Notes under the pieces: model-generated
What the model saw: only the letters and a program-made list of their open reading frames with translations
Databases searched by the model: none
What the model was told of the DNA's origin: nothing
In this document: in pieces, positions 37,779 to 46,668 of the stretch
Layout: each line of letters starts with the position of its first letter
How positions within the stretch are numbered: position 1 is the stretch's first letter
Origin: Candidatus Binataceae bacterium
Lineage (GTDB): Bacteria; Desulfobacterota; Binatia; Binatales; Binataceae
Direction of reading: 5' to 3'
Assembly: GCA_035650475.1 (NCBI GenBank)
Contig: DASRHP010000010.1
Span: forward strand, 138,591 to 202,590
Length of the DNA: 64,000 nt
Made by a program: the position numbers and the translations under genes

Positions 37779-38423
37779 CTCATCCAGGTCACCGATATCC
37801 CGTGGCAGCAGGCGCTGCCGGGCGTGCGGCAGAAGCCGCTATGGTCTGATCCGGGGACCAAGCGGCGCGCCGTGCTGAGCCGCTTCGAGCCGGGCGCGCA
37901 CCTGCCGATGCATCGCCACGTCGGCGACGAGATCCTCTACGTGATCGAGGGCTCGATCGCCGACCGGTCCGGCACGATCACCGCGGGCAACCTCGGCTAC
38001 CGCCCCGACGGCTGCGTGCACGACGTCAGTAGCAAAAACGGCGCGACGGTGCTGGCCGTGATCACGGGCGGCGTCGAGCCGGCCAAAGAGCTTGGCGGCG
38101 CGCCGCGCTCACAGATAATCGCGCTCAGCGAGCTCGAGTGGCACGACGCGCTTCCCGGCGTGCGTCAGAAGCGCATCTGGGAGGACAAGACGACCAGACG
38201 CAGCGCCGTGCTCGCGCGGTTCGAACCGGGCGCCCAGATCCCGCGCCATCGCCACAGCGGCGAGGAGCTGCTCTACGTCATCGAGGGCTCGCACGCCGAC
38301 GAGAGCGCCGAGGTAACGGTCGGCAACATGAGCCTGCGGCCGACCGGATGCACGCATGCGGTGAGCTCGCACAATGGCGCGATCACACTCGCGTTTTTGT
38401 GGGGGCCGATCGAGCTAGTCTAG
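37755..38423 (+). CDS. Bicupin protein: two tandem ChrR-like cupin domains
   Basis: ATG 37755 is preceded by GGAAGGAGGA. Two homologous halves each carry PGVRQK..W.D....R.AVL.RFEPGA..P.HRH.G.E.LYVIEGS.AD. Confidence 0.7.
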   Translation: MADGPRSQLIQVTDIPWQQALPGVRQKPLWSDPGTKRRAVLSRFEPGAHLPMHRHVGDEILYVIEGSIADRSGTITAGNLGYRPDGCVHDVSSKNGATVLAVITGGVEPAKELGGAPRSQIIALSELEWHDALPGVRQKRIWEDKTTRRSAVLARFEPGAQIPRHRHSGEELLYVIEGSHADESAEVTVGNMSLRPTGCTHAVSSHNGAITLAFLWGPIELV

Positions 38424-38451
38424 CGGCCAAGCGCCGCCGCCACCAAGGGCG

Positions 38452-39102
38452 TCAGATCTTCTGCTTGGTGGCGCGCCAGTCGGCGAGGAACTTTTCCAGT
38501 CCGCTGTCGGTCAGCGGATGATGCAGCATCTGCTTCATCACGTTGAACGGGATGGTGGCGACGTGGGCGCCGCTTTCGGCCGCGCGCAGCAGGTGGGTCG
38601 GATTGCGGATCGACGCGACCAGCACCTGGGTCGGGTAGGCGTAGTTGTGCAGGATGCGCACGAGCTGCTCGACCATCCCGATCCCGTCGTGCCCGATGTC
38701 GTCGAGGCGGCCGACGAAGGGCGAGACGTAGGTCGCGCCGCACTTGGCCGCAGCCAGTCCCTGGAGCGGGCTGAAGGCGAGCGTCACGTTGACCTTGATG
38801 CCGCGCTTGCTCAGCGCGCGCGTGGCCTTTAGGCCTTCGACGATAAGCGGGCACTTGACCACGATGTTGGGATGCAGGCGGGCGAGGCGCTCGCCCTCTT
38901 CGAGCATCGCGGCGGCCTCGGTGGCGACCACCTCGGCACTGACCGGACCGTCCACCGCGTCGCAGATCTCGCGCAGGACGTCGGCGTAGGGCCGCCCGGT
39001 CTTGGCGATCAGGCTGGGATTGGTGGTGGCGCCGTCAACCAGCCCCCAGGAGACGGCCTCGCGGATCTCGTTGATGTCGGCGGTATCGATAAAGAATTTC
39101 AT
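38452..39102 (-). CDS. tal: Short-type transaldolase / fructose-6-phosphate aldolase
   Basis: 216 aa. [31 protein letters not shown] and VNVTLAFS are the TalB-subfamily-3 / Fsa signatures. The start overlaps the folK stop (ATGA at 39099-39102). Confidence 0.9.
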   Translation of the reverse strand: MKFFIDTADINEIREAVSWGLVDGATTNPSLIAKTGRPYADVLREICDAVDGPVSAEVVATEAAAMLEEGERLARLHPNIVVKCPLIVEGLKATRALSKRGIKVNVTLAFSPLQGLAAAKCGATYVSPFVGRLDDIGHDGIGMVEQLVRILHNYAYPTQVLVASIRNPTHLLRAAESGAHVATIPFNVMKQMLHHPLTDSGLEKFLADWRATKQKI

Positions 39103-39656
39103 CGCGAGGCTACCCCTCCCCCTACGGCGGACGGCGGCCGCAGCAGATCCGCCCGCGCCAACGTGACCCGGTACGGCGACTTGAGCGCGGCGAGCAGCTC
39201 CGAAATCGAGGCGTTGAGCTTCGGATGAATGAGCGCCGGCGCCAGTTCACTCATCGGCGCCAGCACGAAGCGCCTCTCGTGCAGGCGCGGATGCGGCACC
39301 TTGAGCGTCCGGGTGTCGATAATCTCGTTGTCGAAAAAGAGCAAGTCAAGATCCATGATGCGCGGGCGGTACTTGCCGCGGGCCGGCTTGCGTCCGCGCA
39401 CCCGCTTGCGCCCCATGATTCGTTCGATCGCCAGCAGCCGGCGCATCAGCGCGTCCGGGCCCAGCTCGGTCTCGACCTCGACCACGCCGTTGAGGAACGG
39501 CCCCTTAAGCTCGCCCACCGGCTCGGTTTCATAAATCGACGACTGGCGCACGACCCGAGTGCCGGGCAGTGTCCCGATGCGTTGGACCGCCTCGCGGTAA
39601 TTGGCCGCCCTGTCGCCGAGATTCGTTCCTATTCCGATGAAAGCCCGATGGGGCAT
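39099..39656 (-). CDS. folK: 2-amino-4-hydroxy-6-hydroxymethyldihydropteridine diphosphokinase (HPPK)
   Basis: [42 protein letters not shown]...[11 protein letters not shown]...[18 protein letters not shown] are the canonical HPPK motifs. Confidence 0.9.
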   Translation of the reverse strand: MPHRAFIGIGTNLGDRAANYREAVQRIGTLPGTRVVRQSSIYETEPVGELKGPFLNGVVEVETELGPDALMRRLLAIERIMGRKRVRGRKPARGKYRPRIMDLDLLFFDNEIIDTRTLKVPHPRLHERRFVLAPMSELAPALIHPKLNASISELLAALKSPYRVTLARADLLRPPSAVGGGVASR

Positions 39657-39664
39657 CCTCTGAG

Positions 39665-40831
39665 CTAGAGCCGCAGCGTCTGGATTCTTTGCACCGCCTC
39701 GTTGAGCCGCTCGCTGGACACCGTCAGTGAGAAGCGAACGAATCCTTCACCGCCCTTGCCGAATCCTGAGCCTGGAGTGATCACCACGCCGGTTTCCTTG
39801 AGCACGCGCTCGGCGAACGAGGCCGAAGTGTAGCCCCTGGGAACCGCGGCCCAGACGTAGAAAGTAGCGCGCGGCCGCTCGCATTCCAGCCCCAGGCGCT
39901 GGAGCGCGCCGACCATCAGGTCGCGCCGTTGCTGATAAATTGCGCAATACCGCTGCAGCGTCTCTTCGCCGCCCTCGAGTCCCGCGATCGCCGCCTCCTG
40001 CACCGCCTGGAAGACGCCCGAGTCGATGTTGGTCTTGACCTTGCCCAGCGCCGCGATCAGCTCGGCGTTGCCGACCGCGAACCCAACGCGCCATCCAGTC
40101 ATCGAGTAGGTCTTCGACAGCGAATGGAATTCGATCGCGCACTCGCGCGCGCCGTCCACTTCGAGCACGCTGGGCGCGCGGTAGCCGTCGAAGGCGATCT
40201 CGGAGTAGGCGAAGTCGTGGGCGAGGATGATGTTGTGCTTGAGGCAGAAGTTGACCGCGTCTTGCAAAAAGGCGCGCTCGGCGGTCGCCGCGGTTGGATT
40301 GTTCGGATAGTTGAGCCACATCAGCTTGGCCCGCCGTGCGACCTCGGCCGGAATCGCGCCGAGATCGGGCAGGAAGCCGTTGGGCCTGCGCAGGGTCATG
40401 AAGTACGGCTCGCCGCCGTTGAACACGCATCCCGAGTAATAGACCGGATAGCCGGGATCGGGGATGAGCACGATGTCGCCCGGATCGACGACCGCGGTGG
40501 GGAAGTTGGCGATTCCTTCCTTGGAGCCGATGAGTGCGCAAGCCTCGCGCCGCGGGTCGAGCGCGACCTCGAAGCGTCGCCGGTACCATTCGGTGGCCGC
40601 CGCGCGGAAGCGCTCGAGCCCTTCGTAATCGGGATAGCGATGGTTGACGGGTTCGGCAGCGGCCTGCTGCAGGCGCGCGACGATATGGGCGGGCGTCGGT
40701 AAATCGGGGTCGCCGATGCCCAGGCTAATTACGTCGACACCTTTTTGCTGGACCTCTTTTTTCAGCCGGTCGAGTTCGGCGAACAGATATGGCGGCAGCA
40801 GTCCAAGTCTGGCGGCGGGCTTAATCTGCAC
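39665..40831 (-). CDS. dapL: Class I/II aminotransferase, LL-diaminopimelate aminotransferase (DapL)-like
   Basis: AARLGLLPPYLFAELDRLKKEV..GVDVISLGIGDPDLPTP and the PLP lysine region HSLSKTYSMTGWRVG fit DapL. Start proposed at GTG 40831; the 66 upstream codons of the long ORF to 41029 show no aminotransferase similarity. The start is uncertain. Confidence 0.75.
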   Translation of the reverse strand: MQIKPAARLGLLPPYLFAELDRLKKEVQQKGVDVISLGIGDPDLPTPAHIVARLQQAAAEPVNHRYPDYEGLERFRAAATEWYRRRFEVALDPRREACALIGSKEGIANFPTAVVDPGDIVLIPDPGYPVYYSGCVFNGGEPYFMTLRRPNGFLPDLGAIPAEVARRAKLMWLNYPNNPTAATAERAFLQDAVNFCLKHNIILAHDFAYSEIAFDGYRAPSVLEVDGARECAIEFHSLSKTYSMTGWRVGFAVGNAELIAALGKVKTNIDSGVFQAVQEAAIAGLEGGEETLQRYCAIYQQRRDLMVGALQRLGLECERPRATFYVWAAVPRGYTSASFAERVLKETGVVITPGSGFGKGGEGFVRFSLTVSSERLNEAVQRIQTLRL

Positions 40832-41081
40832 CTTGTTGGCTAGATCTCCAGTCTCTTGACTGTACCGGTAATTACCACACTTTGCCCAGCGCTCAAATAT
40901 CGTCTTCCGCGCCTGCCCACAGGCGCCGGGCGCGGGCTGTGGGGAAGCGGGGCGCACGGCGAAGCGCAGCGCGTCGGGCCGCCCGGCACGGGCGAAGTTT
41001 GCCAACCCAGAGCGATGCGAAGCTTCCAAAAGCGCCCGCCTTAAGGGAGAACGAAAATTCTTCCGCGGCCATTACTTTCTC

Positions 41082-41095
41082 TTGATGAACACCAA
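41082..41095. promoter_or_regulatory. FNR/CRP-family-like palindromic box upstream of the act operon
   Basis: TTGATgaacACCAA matches 9 of the 10 specified positions of the FNR consensus TTGAT-N4-ATCAA. It lies about 200 nt upstream of the actA ATG, in the dapL/actA divergent spacer. Confidence 0.3.
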
Positions 41096-41297
41096 GCGCA
41101 ATGTTAGTTCTCTTGGCGTTTGTAGTTTGGAAACCCCGGTTCGTCTGGCGCCTGCGAGGTGAGGAGCGAAGCGCGCGCGAGCCGGTTGATTTCGCGTGCG
41201 AAGGCTGCTTAGTTGGCACGCGCCGCGCCGGTACGTAGGCGGCTGCGGCAGCGCTGGGCTGCGTCAGAGCCTCGGAGAACGCTGAACCGGATTTGAA

Positions 41298-41822
41298 ATG
41301 AACCTCAATCTCAACCGCACCTTGCTCACGCTGTCGCTGCTGATGTTCGTCGGCGGGCTCAGCGTGATCGCTTTTTCCCAGCGGCCGTGGGCGCCGCGCT
41401 ACGACGTCGACCAGCCGATCCCGTTCAGCCACCGCATCCACGCCGGCGTCAACAAGATCCCCTGCCAGTACTGCCATGAGTACGCGCGGCGCTCGCAGAC
41501 CTCGGGCGCGCCGCCCGTCCAGCGCTGCGTGGGATGCCACGGCAGCCAGAAGACTGGCGGCCTGCTGCCGGTAACTCGGCCGTGGACCGACGATACCCAG
41601 CCGTCGTTTGAGATTCGCTGGAACCGGGTCTATACCCTGCCCGATTTCGTGCGTTTCACCCATCGCCCGCATATCAACGCCGGGCTGGCCTGCCAGACCT
41701 GTCACGGCCCGGTGGAGACGATGGATCGAGTGCAGCCGGTGCACGAGATCAACATGGGCTTCTGCATCGACTGCCACACCAAGCGCGGAGCCACCCAGGA
41801 CTGCTACGTCTGCCATCACTGA
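41298..41822 (+). CDS. actA: Alternative complex III subunit ActA (pentahaem cytochrome c)
   Basis: An N-terminal TM anchor is followed by five CxxCH motifs (CQYCH, CVGCH, CQTCH, CIDCH, CYVCH). It is the first gene of an act-type cluster. Confidence 0.8.
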   Translation: MNLNLNRTLLTLSLLMFVGGLSVIAFSQRPWAPRYDVDQPIPFSHRIHAGVNKIPCQYCHEYARRSQTSGAPPVQRCVGCHGSQKTGGLLPVTRPWTDDTQPSFEIRWNRVYTLPDFVRFTHRPHINAGLACQTCHGPVETMDRVQPVHEINMGFCIDCHTKRGATQDCYVCHH

Positions 41823-41842
41823 GCGAGAAGGGACCATCCACA

Positions 41843-44758
41843 ATGTCAGAGGGTTTGTCCAGGCGGTCGTTTATCAAGCTGGCCGCCACCGCCGGCGCGG
41901 CGGCGGCTATTCCGGGCTGCGAGCCGGCCGCCCGCCAGCTGATTCCCTACGTCGTCCCTGACGAAAACGTCATCCCGGGCGTCCCGTCCTTCTACGCCAC
42001 GGTATGCAATGAATGCCCTGCGGGTTGCGGCGTGGTGGCGCGCGTGCGCGAGGGCCGGGCAATCAAGCTGGAGGGCAACCCGGCCGATCCCATCAGCCAG
42101 GGTTCGATCTGTGCGCGTGGCCAGGCCGCGCTCCAGGGCCTCTACAATCCCGACCGGCTGGCGCGACCGGAGCGCCGCGCCGAGGGCGGGACGTTCCAGA
42201 CGCTCAACTGGGAGGAGGCGCTCAAGCAATTCAACGACCGGCTCGCCGCCGCCGCCAAGGCCGGCAGGAACCGGGTCGCCCTGATAGCCGCGCCGCTGGG
42301 GCCGACCCAGACCAAGATCGCGAAGATGTGGCTGGCCGCCTATGGTTCGGAGCGGATGGTGACCTACGAGCGGGTCGGCGGCGAGCACGCCGCGCGCGCT
42401 GCCGCCAAGGCCTGCTTCGGGCGCGACGAGCTGCCAATTTACAGGATCGACCAGGCGCAGGCGCTGCTCTCGTTCGACGCCGATTTTCTCGGCACCTGGG
42501 GCTCGCCCGTCGAGTACCATCGTCAGTACGCGGCCTTCCGCACGCCCAGGCGCCGGCGCGGACAACTGACGCTGGCGCGCGCGACCTACGTCGGCCCGCG
42601 GATGAGCATGACCGCGGCCAAGTGCGACGAATGGGTGGCCGCGGCTCCCGGCAGTGAGGCCGCCATCGCGCTAAGCGTGCTCAACGTGCTGGTCAAGCAG
42701 GGGTGGGTGTCGCACGACTCGGGTGTTGACCTCGACGCGCTGCGCCAGTTCGTCGCCGACTACGACCCCGCCACCGTCGCGCAGAAAACCGGCGTGCCGG
42801 CTGAGGCGATTACCCGGATGGGCGAGTCGTTCGGCCAGGCTGAGAGCGCGGTGGCGCTCGCCGGCACCGACGATCCAGCGCTGCATACCGCGGTCTTCAT
42901 CCTCAACGCTGTCACCGGCAACATCGGCAAGACCGTAGTCTTTGCTGAAGGCGCACCTGCGCCCGCGGCCAGTTCGCCCGAGGAAGTCGAGGCGCTGATC
43001 AAGGCGATGGCGGGCGGCGAGATTGACGCGCTTGTGATCGCCGGCGGCAATCCGGCATTCTCGATGCCGGCGGCGCTGAAATTCCAGGAAGCGCTAAAGA
43101 AGGTCGGCTTCGTGGCTTGGCTGGGCGACATGCCCGACGAGACCGCCGCGCTGGCCCATCTGCGCCTGCCCACCGACCATCCGCTCGAGACCTGGCGCGA
43201 TACGCAGCCACGCGCAGGTATCCATGGATTGGGCCAGCCGGTGATGGCGCGCGTGTTCGATACCCGCCCGTTGGGCGATATCCTGCTCGCGTCGGCGCAC
43301 GCCGGCGGCGCAAGCTCCCAGCAAGTGCCATGGGAGAACACGGCCGACGCGGTGAACGCCACCTGGCAGGATCTCGCCAAGGCGAGCGGTGCAGCCAACT
43401 TCCCTGAGTTCTGGGAGAAGACGCTGCGCGATGGTGGCCTGTTCGCCGAGGCCAAGCCTTCAGCGGTCACGCTGGACAAGGCGGTCTTCCAGGCCAAGCC
43501 GCAGGTGGCGGCGGCGGGCGGGTTGGTGCTGGCGGCCTTTCCGCACATGTTTTTCTACGACGGTCGCGGGGCCAACAAGCCGTGGCTCCAGGAAATTCCG
43601 GAGCCGGTCGCGCAGTTCGTCTGGGACGCGTGGGTGCAGATCCATCCGGAAACCGCGCGCAACCTGGGCGTTTCGCAGAACGGGATGGTCGAGTTGAGCA
43701 CGGCGGCGGGAGCGATTGCGCTGCCCGCCTATGTCTCGGAGCACGTTCGCCCGGGCGTGCTGGCAGTGCCCACCGGCCAAGGACACACAGCTTACGGGCG
43801 TTATGCCAACGGCAAGGGCGCCAACGCGTGGGCGCTGCTGGCGGGATGGGAGAAGAGCGCGACGGTGAAGGCGCGACCCACCGGCGACGTGCGCAAGCTG
43901 ATCTCGCCCCTGTACAGCGCGGACCAGATGGAGCGCGGAATCGTTCAGACCGTCAGCATCGACGACCTCGCCAAGGGTGTCGTGCCGGCATCCGACGAAC
44001 CCAAGCCGCCGCAGCCCTATGAGTTCTACGCGCCGTTTGAATACCCCAAACACAAGTGGGGGATGACGATCGACGTCAACGCGTGTACCGGATGCAGCGC
44101 CTGTGTGGCGGCTTGCTACGCCGAAAACAATCTGTACGTCGCGGGCAAGGACGCCATCGAGCGCGGGCGCATCATGTCGTGGATCCGCGTCGAGCGCTAC
44201 TTTCCCAAGGAGCAGGGCGAGGGGCCGTTGATGTACGTTACGCCGATGCTCTGCCAGCAGTGCGACCGTGCGCCCTGTGAGCCCGTGTGTCCGGTGTTTG
44301 CCTCGGCGCATACCAACGAGGGGCTCAACCAGCAGATCTACAACCGCTGCGTCGGCACCCGCTACTGCAACAATAACTGCCCTTACAAGGTGCGCCGCTT
44401 CAACTGGTTCGCGCCGGAGTGGGACGAGCCGCTCAATCTGCAGCTCAACCCCGACGTCTCGGTGCGCGGCGCGGGCGTGATGGAAAAGTGCTCGTTCTGC
44501 ATTCAGCGCATCACGCACGCCGAGATCACCGCGCTCATCGAGAAGCGTCCGGTGCGCGATGGCGAGATTCAACCGGCGTGCGTGCAGGCCTGCCCGTCCA
44601 AGGCGATGACTTTCGGCGACGAGAACGATCCGCAGAGCGCGATGATGCGCCGGCGGGTCGATAACAATCTGCGCAGATACGTGGTCTTCGAGGATCTCAA
44701 CGTCGGTCCCAACGTGGTCTATCTGCGCGACATCTACCAGGGGAAAGGAAAAGCGTGA
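41843..44758 (+). CDS. actB: Alternative complex III subunit ActB (molybdopterin-oxidoreductase-like domain fused to 4Fe-4S ferredoxin domain)
   Basis: 971 aa with a twin-arginine signal, SRRSFIKLAATAGAAAA. The N-terminal Cys cluster is CNECPAGCG. The C-terminal FeS motifs are CTGCSACVAAC, CQQCDRAPCEPVCP, CVGTRYCNNNCPY and CVQACP. Confidence 0.85.
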   Translation: MSEGLSRRSFIKLAATAGAAAAIPGCEPAARQLIPYVVPDENVIPGVPSFYATVCNECPAGCGVVARVREGRAIKLEGNPADPISQGSICARGQAALQGLYNPDRLARPERRAEGGTFQTLNWEEALKQFNDRLAAAAKAGRNRVALIAAPLGPTQTKIAKMWLAAYGSERMVTYERVGGEHAARAAAKACFGRDELPIYRIDQAQALLSFDADFLGTWGSPVEYHRQYAAFRTPRRRRGQLTLARATYVGPRMSMTAAKCDEWVAAAPGSEAAIALSVLNVLVKQGWVSHDSGVDLDALRQFVADYDPATVAQKTGVPAEAITRMGESFGQAESAVALAGTDDPALHTAVFILNAVTGNIGKTVVFAEGAPAPAASSPEEVEALIKAMAGGEIDALVIAGGNPAFSMPAALKFQEALKKVGFVAWLGDMPDETAALAHLRLPTDHPLETWRDTQPRAGIHGLGQPVMARVFDTRPLGDILLASAHAGGASSQQVPWENTADAVNATWQDLAKASGAANFPEFWEKTLRDGGLFAEAKPSAVTLDKAVFQAKPQVAAAGGLVLAAFPHMFFYDGRGANKPWLQEIPEPVAQFVWDAWVQIHPETARNLGVSQNGMVELSTAAGAIALPAYVSEHVRPGVLAVPTGQGHTAYGRYANGKGANAWALLAGWEKSATVKARPTGDVRKLISPLYSADQMERGIVQTVSIDDLAKGVVPASDEPKPPQPYEFYAPFEYPKHKWGMTIDVNACTGCSACVAACYAENNLYVAGKDAIERGRIMSWIRVERYFPKEQGEGPLMYVTPMLCQQCDRAPCEPVCPVFASAHTNEGLNQQIYNRCVGTRYCNNNCPYKVRRFNWFAPEWDEPLNLQLNPDVSVRGAGVMEKCSFCIQRITHAEITALIEKRPVRDGEIQPACVQACPSKAMTFGDENDPQSAMMRRRVDNNLRRYVVFEDLNVGPNVVYLRDIYQGKGKA

Positions 44759-46117
44759 GTGGCTGCCGCAGTCGACATTAATCTGGAGCCGACCTACGCC
44801 GACATCGATCGCAGCGTGCGCGCGATCATGGCGCCGCCGGGCTACAAGTACTGGATCTGGGTCGGCTTCCTCTCGGCCCTCGTGGCGCTCGCGATAGCGC
44901 TATGGACCCGCCAGATCTACGAAGGCTTGGGCGTCACTGGGATGGGGAACCCGACGATGTGGGCGGTGTATATCACCAACTTCGTCTTCTGGGTCGGTAT
45001 TGCTCACTCGGGCACGCTGATCTCGGCGATCCTTTACCTGTTCCGCACTCGCTGGCGCACCGCGGTCTACCGCGCGGCCGAGACCATGACAATTTTCGCG
45101 GTGGCCACCGCCGGGCTGTTTCCGATCATCCATCTTGGCCGGCCCTGGTTCTTCTACTGGCTGGCGCCGTATCCCAACGAGCGCTATCTCCAGCCCGACT
45201 TCCGCTCGCCGCTGGTGTGGGACTTCTTCGCGATCAGCACCTACTTCACGATCAGCGCCTGCTTCTGGTTCACCGGCCTGATCCCCGACGTCGCCAACGC
45301 GCGCGACGTCGCCACGGGCTGGCGCAAGACCCTTTACAAGATCCTGGCGATTGGGTGGCAGGGGACCGACCGCCAGTGGCGCAACTTCTCGATGGCGTAC
45401 CTGCTGATGGCAGGGTTGGCCACCCCGCTGGTGCTCTCGGTGCACAGCGTGGTCAGCTGGGACTTTGCGATGGCGCAGCTGCCGGGCTGGCACAGCACCA
45501 TCTTCGCCCCCTACTTCGTTGCCGGCGCGATCTTTTCAGGAGTGGCGCTGGTCATCACGCTGCTCATCCCGATGCGCTGGATCATGGGAATCGAGGATCT
45601 GATTACGCCGTGGCATCTTGACAATCTGGCCAAGGTCGTCCTGCTCACCTCGCTCATCATCAGCTACTCCTATGGCGTCGAGTCGTTCATTGCGTGGTAC
45701 AGCCACGATCCGATCGAGATGGCAACCTTCCACATGCGCTATTTTGGGCCCTGGGGATGGATGTTCTGGGTGATGGTGTTCTGTAACTGCGTCGCGCCGC
45801 TCGCCCTGTTCTCGCCGCGTGTGCGTACCACTCCGATTCCGCTCTTCATCGTCACCATCTTCGTCAATATCGGGATGTGGTTTGAGCGCTTCGTGATCAT
45901 CGCGGGCTCGCTTGCGACCAACTTCGAGCCCAGCACCTGGCGGTTTTGGCACCCCTCCTTCACCGAGATAATGATCACGGTGGGCGCCTTTGCGTGGTTC
46001 CTGTTGTTGTTCTCGCTGTTCGCGCGTTTCATGCCGATCATCTCGATGACGGAGCTCAAGGAGGGCATTACCTGGCTCAAGCAGGCGCTGCGCCTGGGGT
46101 ATGCGAAAGCGGCATGA
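44759..46117 (+). CDS. actC: Alternative complex III subunit ActC (NrfD/PsrC-like quinol-interacting membrane subunit)
   Basis: 452 aa and polytopic. It has the NrfD-like pattern WAVYITNFVFWVGIAHSGTLISAIL. GTG 44759 directly abuts the actB stop. Confidence 0.85.
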   Translation: MAAAVDINLEPTYADIDRSVRAIMAPPGYKYWIWVGFLSALVALAIALWTRQIYEGLGVTGMGNPTMWAVYITNFVFWVGIAHSGTLISAILYLFRTRWRTAVYRAAETMTIFAVATAGLFPIIHLGRPWFFYWLAPYPNERYLQPDFRSPLVWDFFAISTYFTISACFWFTGLIPDVANARDVATGWRKTLYKILAIGWQGTDRQWRNFSMAYLLMAGLATPLVLSVHSVVSWDFAMAQLPGWHSTIFAPYFVAGAIFSGVALVITLLIPMRWIMGIEDLITPWHLDNLAKVVLLTSLIISYSYGVESFIAWYSHDPIEMATFHMRYFGPWGWMFWVMVFCNCVAPLALFSPRVRTTPIPLFIVTIFVNIGMWFERFVIIAGSLATNFEPSTWRFWHPSFTEIMITVGAFAWFLLLFSLFARFMPIISMTELKEGITWLKQALRLGYAKAA

Positions 46118-46623
46118 ACGGAGAAATCGAACTGGTAGGAGCCTTCGCCGATGAGGAGCAGCTCGTGCACTGCATCGGGCAGCTCCGGCAGACGCGCGCG
46201 CGCTTTCGGGTCTTCTCACCGATCCCGAGCGAGAAGATCAACGAGGCGATCTACGAGCGCCCGAGCTTCGTGCGCTGGTGGGTTCTGCTCGGCGGCATCA
46301 GCGGCGCGATTAGCGCCTTCGCCCTGACCATCGGCACTTCGCTGGAGTGGAACCTGGTTGCCGGCGGCAAACCGATTGCCTCGCTTCCGCCTTACATCAT
46401 CATCGCCTTCGAGATGATGGTGCTGTTCGGCGGGCTGTCGGCGCTCGGCGGCTGGATTCTGCTCTCCAACCTGCCGTCCTTCGAACCGTTTGCTGGTTAC
46501 CGCGAGCGCTTTTCGGGCGACGAGTTCGGCCTAGTGGTGCGCTGCGCCGAGGCCGACGCGGCGCGGATGGAGTCGATGCTGCGCGAGGCCGGCGCGCAGG
46601 AGATCAGCCGCGAGGCGGCCTGA
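46114..46623 (+). CDS. actD: Alternative complex III subunit ActD (DUF3341-type)
   Basis: ATG 46114 overlaps the actC stop (ATGA). A soluble N-terminus (LVGAFADEEQLVHCIGQLRQ) is followed by two TM helices, as in ActD. There is no haem motif. Confidence 0.7.
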   Translation: MNGEIELVGAFADEEQLVHCIGQLRQTRARFRVFSPIPSEKINEAIYERPSFVRWWVLLGGISGAISAFALTIGTSLEWNLVAGGKPIASLPPYIIIAFEMMVLFGGLSALGGWILLSNLPSFEPFAGYRERFSGDEFGLVVRCAEADAARMESMLREAGAQEISREAA

Positions 46624-46668
46624 CGCAAACCTGATGACGGCGCGGATCACACGAGCCCTGGAATAACG

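Noticed and set aside
40832-41029. 66-codon N-terminal extension of the DapL-like aminotransferase
   Set aside because: It shows no similarity to aminotransferase N-termini, which begin near LPPYLFAELD, and its composition is low-complexity. The exact start remains uncertain because GTG 40831 has only a distant GGAG.
41214-41229. Second sigma-54-like string TGGCACgcgccgcGC upstream of actA
   Set aside because: Only the GG-N10-GC skeleton matches. The -12 box (CGCGC) lacks the TTGC core, and such strings are expected by chance in G+C-rich DNA.
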